Source: the human T2T-CHM13v2.0 reference genome, Homo sapiens
DNA: 64,000 nt
Assembly (NCBI RefSeq): GCF_009914755.1
Contig: NC_060931.1
Reading direction: 5' to 3' (one strand)
In this document: piece after piece, positions 56,030 through 64,000 of the stretch
Layout of the letters: each line of letters starts with the position of its first letter
How positions within the stretch are numbered: position 1 is the first letter of the stretch
Program-made: the position numbers and the translations under genes
The notes under the pieces: model-generated
Told to the model about the DNA's origin: nothing
The model's input: the letters and a program-made list of their open reading frames with translations, nothing else
Databases searched by the model: none

Positions 56030-56850
56030 TTTCTTTAGTAGAATTCTGCTGGTGGCGTTTTGTTTTTTATCTCTAAATGTGTTATTTAGCCATAGGTTGA
56101 TGAATATTTTTCTTTGTTTAGAAATTCAGAATGGCATTATTATTCTTAACAAATAATATTGTTTATTTTACCTTTCTGTTTTTCAGATTTCAATATGATT
56201 AAAAGTAATTTCATTTTTCTAGTGCTAATTGAAATATTTTTCCCTTCCTTGTTGTTTACTATTTCTCTATGAGATACATAGGTGTAGGTTTGTCTCCATT
56301 GTAGCTAGCTTAGCAAGGATGGAATTTTTGAATATGCAGATTAGTGTCTTACAAAAGTCTAGGGAAATTTCAGCCAAAATACCATCACATATTGTCCCTT
56401 CCCGGTTCCCTTCTTCTATGAGAACACTCTCTAAACACATGCTACAGTTTCTCACTGTATCTTCCATGTCTCTTCATGATTCTGTCCACATTTTAAATTT
56501 TTAAAAATTTTCTCTAATGCATTCTGAAATATTTGTGAACTCTCACCTTGGCCATGTCTAATCTGATGAGTACATTTTTTAGATTTTAATTTAAAATAAC
56601 TATATTTTTATACAAACTACTTTTCAAATTTGCTACATCAATTTTTTTGTCTCCTAACAATATAATCATTTTTTAAAAAAATTTTGAAAGTAAATGTGCT
56701 TTATAATCTAACAGTGATATTTCTACTAATGAACCTTTGTGGATCTGTTTGTGCTCTTTTTCTGCTTTCCTTTCAAATGGTGGAATATCATTTCCTTGCA
56801 TACTTAGATGCCTTTGAATGACAAATATTTATTTTTCTCTGAAAATTATT
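56030..56850 (-). mobile_element. Ancient LINE-1 (L1M-type) ORF1-region remnant, antisense
   Basis: The minus-strand ORF 56267..56467 (EDTVRNCSMCLESVLIEEGNREGTICDGILAEISLDFCKTL) parallels the L1 ORF1p segment WDTIKRSNIRLIGVPEEERENGAEAIFEEIMAENFPELMKDI. The DNA TTAGTGTCTTACAAAAGTCTAGGGAAATTTCAGCCAAAAT resembles antisense L1M. Boundaries are approximate. Confidence 0.65.
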
Positions 56851-59031
56851 TTTGTGCGCTTTTACAGATTAGTAAATAGAAAATTTGCCAAAGAGAATTT
56901 GAATTTTTTTGTGATTCTACAAAAGTCACCACCATTCTGGGACCACATTATGTTAATTCTTGGCCTAAAGCTGTTTGGACGTATGTTTGGACTGCACATT
57001 TAAACAATTTTTAAACTAGTTTCTGTAAATCATTAACAATTGAGTTTCTTTAAATCTGTCCAATCTCAAGTCATTTTTGCCATTTCCAGCGAATGTGAAT
57101 TGGGACTAATTTACCTCTGATTCTTCTTTATACTGAGGATAGAAATGTTGGTCCTACCTTTAGGGAGGAGCTCCTGTGTGATGCCCTATCTCGGGAAACA
57201 CTATGTATTTCTTTACTGTCCTATGTGATGTATGACAGTAGGAATCTGCACTCATTTATTTTGCTACATGTCCGTAGGGCAAAATCAATTTCGGTGTTTA
57301 GTTATGTTTTGTCTGCTCCCTGCATTCCCATGGTTTTGATCTTACATTTTTCTTTTATTTGTGAACATACCAGTGCTTCAAATTTTTTCCAGTAATATAA
57401 TCAACTATATTATGAGAAAGAGAAAAAATTTGATAAAACACAAATTTCATGTTTTCCTTCTCTAATTGGATTTACTTAAAAATGCAGGTAAAATGTATTT
57501 GTGCTTTTTTGCTATTTCTGTTTTGCTATTCTCTGTTTTTCTATGTCTTCTCCACATAGACACAATTAGGGTATTTTGTACACTCTTGTGCCAACTGCTT
57601 TGATAGGAACAAAATGTGTTTCTCAAACTCCTACGTATAAAACTCAAGTATCCACAATTTAAATTCTTTTTTGCTCACTTCTATTATGTTTCCAGTCTCA
57701 AAAGAAATCGATGCCAATCGAGAAATTCAAGCATTATTCTAATACTTCTCACACATTACAGGTATAGATTAAATTTTCTAGATCTCCTTAAACACAATCA
57801 TTTTTCACTACTTGTATCTTAACTGTTAAGTTCAGCATTTTCTATATTAATATGTTGTGAAAATTTCCTTACTTTCTTATTTGTCCCAAGTTCAAGGTTT
57901 TGCAGTCCCTACCTCAGCCTGTGAAGCATAAACATTGTACTATGCTGTACAAATATTACATAGTTCATGTGCTTAGAGATTGCACAATTTTTATTTGGTT
58001 GACAATAGCTAATGTTTTCTTCTTCATTTTCTATTTCCTGATTTTTCTTTATTTAGTATATGCTACATTATCATAAAAATAAGAACGTTTTACAAACTAA
58101 AGCAAAAGAAACCCTAGGAAAAAAATGCACAAATAAAATATATAACATACATTTAGATGTACCATGTACACTTCTAATTTATTTAGACTTTTAATTGTAG
58201 TACTATTTTAATTAAAGTCTGTGTATTATCTGTCATCGTCTTAGTATTTTTTATATAACAAATTGTGTAAATCAAAAAGCCTCAATGTGGTTATAAACTA
58301 TCTTGGCAGAGGTTGATGTCCAAGGAATAATTCCTCTCCCAAATTATGTCAATCAGAATTTCACTCTACCATAATTCTTTTAATCAGTTTTAGAGGAATC
58401 ATAAATTTCAAAATTGTACAAGGTAGTCATTGTAGTTCAAGTACATTTAGACAGGTGAAAAACTGTAGACAGACTGATACAAACATATTCTAATTGACAC
58501 AAAAGTATATGGGACCTATTTTAAAATCTAGACTTTAAAATGTCGTGTCAACGTACACATGTTTTCCTTGTGAAATAATTGCTTTTTATTCTCTGGATAG
58601 AATAATTTAATCTTTAAACCTTCAATTCACTGTTAACAACAAAATATTACATAAGGATACGCTTATAAAAATAATCTGCAACTAGCTTTTCAATTCAGAA
58701 ATATATGTGAAAAATCATCAAGCATCTAATGGATTTCAAGGAGAAATGGGTTAGTAATTTATCCCATATGTCTCAATTATTCATAGATTCAAGGCTTCCT
58801 TTAAAACAATTGTAGGCATTTAAGAAACCATGTAAACTAAAAAGAAGAAATTGTGACACTGCTGCTTAGGTTTTTTAAATCTTAGGACATGAATCAATAT
58901 ACTTTTTAATTTTATCTTAATTAGACATTGTGAGTTCACTATCTTCCTGTCAGTATGGCATCCAAGCTGATTATCATAGATTACAAGTTCAACTATCAAC
59001 TGTGTTCTGAGACTCTAAAAAAATAAATGAA

Positions 59032-59427
59032 TGTATTTGTTTGGGTATTCTTAAAGCAGGAGTGAGGACACAGTGAAAGTGAGACAAGGAAGAGAGAATA
59101 AAATAAAACAGGAAAGATAGAAAAACCAGTACCACACGTGTTAAGAGGCAAGTTCCTGTGTTAGATATCTGGGCTTAATTCTATGAGAAGCTATGTGGAA
59201 CATGCCTCAGAATTACATCACTGATTCCAGGGAGATTCTTCTTAGTTACCTTCACCTATTCTTCCCACTTCATACCCAGTATCAAACTCCCGTGCTGCTA
59301 GAGAAAGTCCTCAGCTAGAAACAGCTGCAAATTCTGGAGATGAGACCCTGTAGAGTGTTAAGAATGGTTTTCTTCCCAGCAGCTACAGGTAAGGAATAGG
59401 GGCTGGGCTATTAATACATCTGCTACA
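59032..59427 (-). mobile_element. LTR16-type (ERVL) solo LTR, degenerate
   Basis: Ends in ...CATCTGCTACA, the reverse complement of the LTR16 start TGTAGCAGATG. Internal AAGTGAGACAAGGAAG and GAACATGCCTCAGAATT match the antisense LTR16 consensus as recalled. TG...CA termini, ~400 bp. Confidence 0.65.
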
Positions 59428-61839
59428 AATCAATATACCCCTTATGCTCCTTTTGGTGATCGGCAATGTATTTAACATATTAGATGATCAAGAAGGGCTG
59501 CAGAAAGGAGGGAAAAGAAACAAACAGCACACCTCTTGGTTTATTTTTATTCATTTCATCAGTTTCAAGGAAAATGTGTTGGGAATTCCTGGCATAGAGA
59601 ATGTCACAAAGATATGTTTTCAATAGTGGTGCTATCCCTAGGGCAGAGAAGATCCAGAGAAATCCCAAGTGGCTGCTGGAACAAAGTCAGACACCGTGCC
59701 ACCTGTCCACACTCCTTGGCTCTGCCATGATGCTGAAGATTGGTTTAAAGAACTGGCTTCCCTCCCCGCAAAATTAAAAGAGCACAAACTGAGAAACTGA
59801 ATGTGGGAGACAGCAGTGGATTATGCTGTTCTCAGGGGTCACCTCAGGTTTGGAAGGATTCTTTCAAATTAACCCATCTCAGGCCATCTGCAGAGAAGAA
59901 TGGTGGTACCTAACTTTTTTTCTCGTCAGCACTTGGTAGGGGTGTTTTATTGAACAAATATGTTCCCAAAACCTTGTTTTTTGTTACTAATTAAATATAG
60001 TAGATTTTTAAATTTTATCTTCAAAATCTATAGACAGTTTTTTATTAAAATAGGCTCCACATCTATGTCCTGCTTTTCTTCTTATTAATTACATTGCTGT
60101 ATAAAAGAACAAGACTTCAGAATCAAGAATATCTTGTCTCTTCGCATTGAATTTATAAAAGGTGCTCTTTCTTTAATGCTGTCTCAAAGGACATATTTTT
60201 ACTGATTAAAAAGGAAGATCCGAATCAGGTCGTACGCACTGCTCCAACATATTAATAATTAAAATTAGGATGTAAATGTGGTCAAAGCTATAGAAAGACT
60301 TGAGATGTCATTTATATTGATTACTGTATAGCACTCTACAAACAGATATTGTGAAATAACAGTTTATATAAATATTTTGTAGCATTTCAAATATTGGAGT
60401 GCCTGAAGTTTCTCCTCTTCTATAGTTCAGATTAACAATTTGAAGACTTACTCAGCTGGTTAAAAAGTTTTTAGTCTCGTTTGAGTATTATATGAAAGCA
60501 ATTTTTAGTTAAATGTGTTCCGCTTACATAAAACATTAGAAATTAGTGAGTATTTAATTACATTTTCGTGTTCCTGTAATGCCTTTAGAAGATTTTCATA
60601 TTATTACCTATCAATATATGTAAGCTTTGTCTAAGAAAAATCTATCATATACATTATTGAAATTGAAACTTTTTAAAAGTACTTATTAATTATATTGAAA
60701 AACCACATCCATAGGAACAATTACAATATAATATTGTGAACATGTAAATATATATCATATGTCTATTTTATATATAAGCATATGTGATTAAAAATATAGT
60801 TAAGAATTTTTAAACCTAGTATTATAAAGTAAAAATTAGTTAAACTTCTGATGATTATTTGTTAATTAAGATAAAATTATTTTAATTTGGATGATTTTAA
60901 ATGAATAAAATTATTAAATTAAATGACAAAAATTCTTTATAAAATGTTTATGGTTTTTACATTGGTTTTATCACTTTATTCCATTATTTTATTTTAAGAT
61001 GAGCTGCCTTGTTTAAAACACTGTATTCATCTTAATTAAATTAAATTCCATTTGTAAAAAAATTAACAAATGATTTGCTCTATTATACAGTGCGGTTATA
61101 AACTGAGTCAGTATCTCAAGATTTGATCCCCATTATCATCATCCGTGGCCCTATTTGTTTTATAAATGTATTGTCTTTTTCCATGCCTGTCACATCTCTA
61201 TTGCTCATTTATTTTTCTCCTTGTCCCTTATAGGGAGCATTGCCTATCTCTAGATTAAGCAAAAGTTGCATCTTAAAAAAGCACAATAACCTGCTCAAAC
61301 TTTCTCACACAGAGAAATGTTTGTTAAGTAATTAAAGTGTAGATGATGATACAAAGAGCTTGATTAAATAAGATGCCAAAGTACCCTTGTGATTCAGAAT
61401 ATGAATGGTACTTAATGCCTTTGAAATCAATAATTGCTGAGTGACATTAATTAATGCCAGTATTTCAGAAGTTGTTCTGGTTAGTGAAATGTGTACAACA
61501 TGTAAAAATTTCCGAACTCTGAAGGGCAACATTATTCTATAATTAAGAATTAAGAATTAATTCACACTAATTATTGGGGAGAAATAATTTTAAGAATTAA
61601 TGACTGAGAAAACGTTTTTATTTTTTATTTAGAAAATTATTTTTTGCATGAGCATTACTGCCAGTTTTGCAAGAAACATAAATTTACAAAAACAATTATG
61701 TGCACAATATGAATTTAATAACATCTTGATGTTTTCTACTATTACAGTTGTATTTGGTAAATCTTTAAATGCCCATCGTCTAAAGATCATAAAAGAATCT
61801 TGGAAATCTTGTAGCTAAGGGTAAATATAAGGATGCATC

Positions 61840-61926
61840 CAATTACATTTACACACACATACAATTACATTTACACAAACATACATGCACACACGCTCAC
61901 TGATACAGGTATGCATATATATACAT
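61840..61926. repeat. 22-bp tandem doublet plus degenerate (CA)/(TA) microsatellite
   Basis: CAATTACATTTACACACACATA followed by CAATTACATTTACACAAACATA (61840-61883), then CACACAC...TATATATAC. Confidence 0.8.
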
Positions 61927-62182
61927 GAATTTACCAATTGATTTTAACTAATATTTATAAGAGCCTGTAGGATTGATATATATTGTTGAAGCTGAAAAAT
62001 ATTTATTATATGCATGTTTAAAATACACAAAGAAATAAATAGTAATTGCACTAGGCATTTGAAACTGTACTTAAATATAAGCTGTGATTATTACAAATTC
62101 TTACGCTGAATAAATATTTTTATTTTTATAATAATATGTTTGATACATGTGTAAATTTTTTAAAATGTATTATTTTTTCATA

Positions 62183-62524
62183 GAGTTATGTCATGCATAA
62201 TAATATTTCAGTCACAGATGGATTACATATACAAAAGTGGTCCCATGAGATTATAATACATATTTTTACATACTTTTCCGTGTTTAAGTATGTTTACATA
62301 CATAAACTCTTACCACTGTGTTCTTATTGCCTGCAGTATTCAGTATAGTAATGTACTACACAGGTTTGTAGCCTGGGAGAGAGAGGTTATGCCATATAAC
62401 CTAAAAGTGATAGGCTGTACAATCTAGGTGTTTGTAATATTCTCTCTGACGTTTGCAAAATGATGAAATTGCCTGTGGATGCATCTGTTAGAACGTATCC
62501 CTGTCATTCAGTGATGCGTGACTG
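62183..62524 (+). mobile_element. Tigger3a (TcMar-Tigger) non-autonomous DNA transposon, near full length
   Basis: GTGGTCCCATGAGATTATAATAC, TTGCCTGCAGTATTCAGTATAGTA, CAGGTTTGTAGCCTGGGAG and AGAACGTATCCCTGTCATTCAGTGATGCGTGACTG follow the Tigger3a consensus in order. It is preceded by TA and is ~342 bp long. Confidence 0.85.
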
Positions 62525-63049
62525 TGCTAAAATGCTAAATCTAAGTTTCAATGACCTCCATAAAATTGTTGTACTGTGAAATACAAATCTCTCACCTACG
62601 GCCTGAATATGTTTGCAAACTTAGCAGATCATGGGAAGGAGAATGTGCTGGCATCGCTGGGATGATTTTCTCACACTATATGGATAATATCTCCAGACTT
62701 TAGTAATATGAGCCACTTGCATAGAGTTAAAGTAAGCATCTCTTTGCTGGGAAATTTATCAAATGGAGTATGAAGTGTTTTTAAAACATACTTGTTTGTT
62801 TGTACACGGTAGGCCTACAGTGGCTCATGGCAATGGTTGAGGTTGCTAAGATTTGGTGGAAGAAGGCAAAATGAAATGGCCACTTATATGGTATATGGAT
62901 CACTTGTTTCTGTTGAGTTACAGATTCAGCTGGCTATTTCTCCCAATGTTAGTTATTTGGAGAAAAGAATCATGATAGTAATTTTGGGGTAACAAATACA
63001 ATATTTGATGAAAGCAAATTTATTGAGGGTTAGACAAACTACAAGATAA

Positions 63050-63428
63050 TTTAGGCTGCAAGTCAACACGAGACTTCTGGCCCAAATTGTGCAGAGTTTG
63101 GGTCCAGCTGCAAAGTTCAAAGGAAGAGGCCATATAAGATGATTCGCACTTTTGTCACCAACTGCCAGTTCAGGGGTTTCCCCAGAACACCCTCAGTTTC
63201 AAGAATTTACTAAAAAGACTCACAGAACTCATTGAATGCCATTGTACTCATGGTTTATAATAGAGAAAGGGTAGAAATTAGGACCAATCAAAGGAAGAGA
63301 CATATCACATAAGGAGGAATCTAGGAGGATTTTGAATGTTAAGTTTCCATTGTCTTCAGGACATATTACCTTTCATTGTTGTACAGCAATAAATATGGAG
63401 TACTACCAAACTGGGGAGCTCACCTGAT
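63050..63428 (-). mobile_element. MER21-family LTR fragment
   Basis: CACCAACTGCCAGTTCAGGGGTTTCCCCAGAACACCCTCAG...GACTCACAGAACTCA...GGAGTACTACCAAACTGGGGAGCTCACCTGA matches the antisense MER21B/C consensus as recalled. The left boundary is approximate. Confidence 0.75.
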
Positions 63429-63469
63429 GCTAAAAAGACACTATTTAGAAAATGAAAAGACAAAGGAAA

Positions 63470-64000
63470 GGAGGAGATAAGATGACCTTCCATATTAAGG
63501 CACTGGAAAGAATAGCAAACTAAACCTAAAGCAAGCAGAAGGAAGAAAATAAAAATTAGAGAAATTAATAATTTATAATATTAATCATATTTGTTTGTGT
63601 TTACTAGTTGATATAAATTCTTGACTGACTTTTTTTAAAAAGAGAAATATTCACTTCCCAATTTATTCTGTGGGGCCAGTGTTACCTTGATACAAAAATT
63701 AGTCCAAATAGCATAGAAAAATAAAACTATTATAAGTATAAATGCAAAATTCCTTAAAAAATAGTAACAAATCAGATCTAGCAACATATAAAAGAATTAC
63801 ACACTATGACAAAGTGAAATTTATACTAGTAATCTCAGGTTGGTTTAACAGCCCAAATTCCATTACGGTAATACATCTTATCCATAGAATAAGAAAGAAA
63901 AATTGCATGATCATGTCGATAGATTTGGAAAAGACATTTAACAAAATCCAAATGCTTTAATGATTAAAAATAAAAATAAAAACTCAATGAACTAGGAATA
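63470..64000 (+). mobile_element. LINE-1 ORF2 remnant (EN-RT linker plus start of reverse transcriptase domain), disabled
   Basis: The ORF 63742..63960 peptide KRITHYDKVKFILVISGWFNSPNSITVIHLIHRIRKKNCMIMSIDLEKTFNKIQ matches L1 ORF2p [52 protein letters not shown]. Upstream DNA encodes KPKASRRK-like and LPN.F..ASVTLI-like motifs, broken by frameshifts and stops. Confidence 0.9.

Larger units (their letters stand above)
55769..64000. other. AT-rich non-satellite flank (pericentromeric transition region) with ancient interspersed repeats
   Basis: Pentamer periodicity is lost. The sequence is CpG-depleted and AT-rich (very strongly so at ~60650-61080). Only short ORFs (60-91 aa) are present. Confidence 0.85.

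Noticed and set aside
56229-61532. Short 60-91 aa ORFs in the AT-rich flank
   Set aside because: Their lengths are in the chance range and some overlap transposon relics. I recognise no domain or splice structure. Non-coding exons cannot be excluded.
63742-63960. Reverse transcriptase-like ORF as a functional or novel RT
   Set aside because: It is a frameshifted, stop-terminated fragment of ordinary LINE-1 ORF2 that does not reach the catalytic motif.

Overview
This is primate (human-like) pericentromeric heterochromatin, not a gene-bearing or microbial region. About 87% (1-55768) is classical satellite DNA in four blocks. (i) HSat3, (CATTC)n with ACTCGGGTTG nodes, on + (1-13556). (ii) A ~15.7 kb HSat3 block in the opposite orientation, (GGAAT)n with CAACCCGAGT nodes (13557-29254). 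(iii) A ~26 kb CpG-rich HSat2 block on + (29255-55480). (iv) A ~290 bp degenerate CATTC/CACTC cap holding a ~63 bp Alu 3' fragment (55481-55768). The last ~8.2 kb is AT-rich non-satellite DNA with old transposon relics: antisense L1M ORF1, an LTR16-type LTR, Tigger3a, a MER21-type LTR and L1 ORF2 RT. There is no credible protein-coding gene, RNA gene or CRISPR array. The long FHSIP/MEWNG ORFs are artefacts of stop-free pentamer repeats. The most interesting signals are structural. Both strand switches are sharp, lie on short palindromes and share the same 11-bp direct repeat. The second coincides exactly with the HSat3-to-HSat2 change. There are nested kb-scale duplications, and an Alu-fragment/satellite/AT-rich module at the array edge. 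I found no evidence for a new protein-coding system. All offsets were read by eye and repeat families were assigned from remembered consensus sequences.
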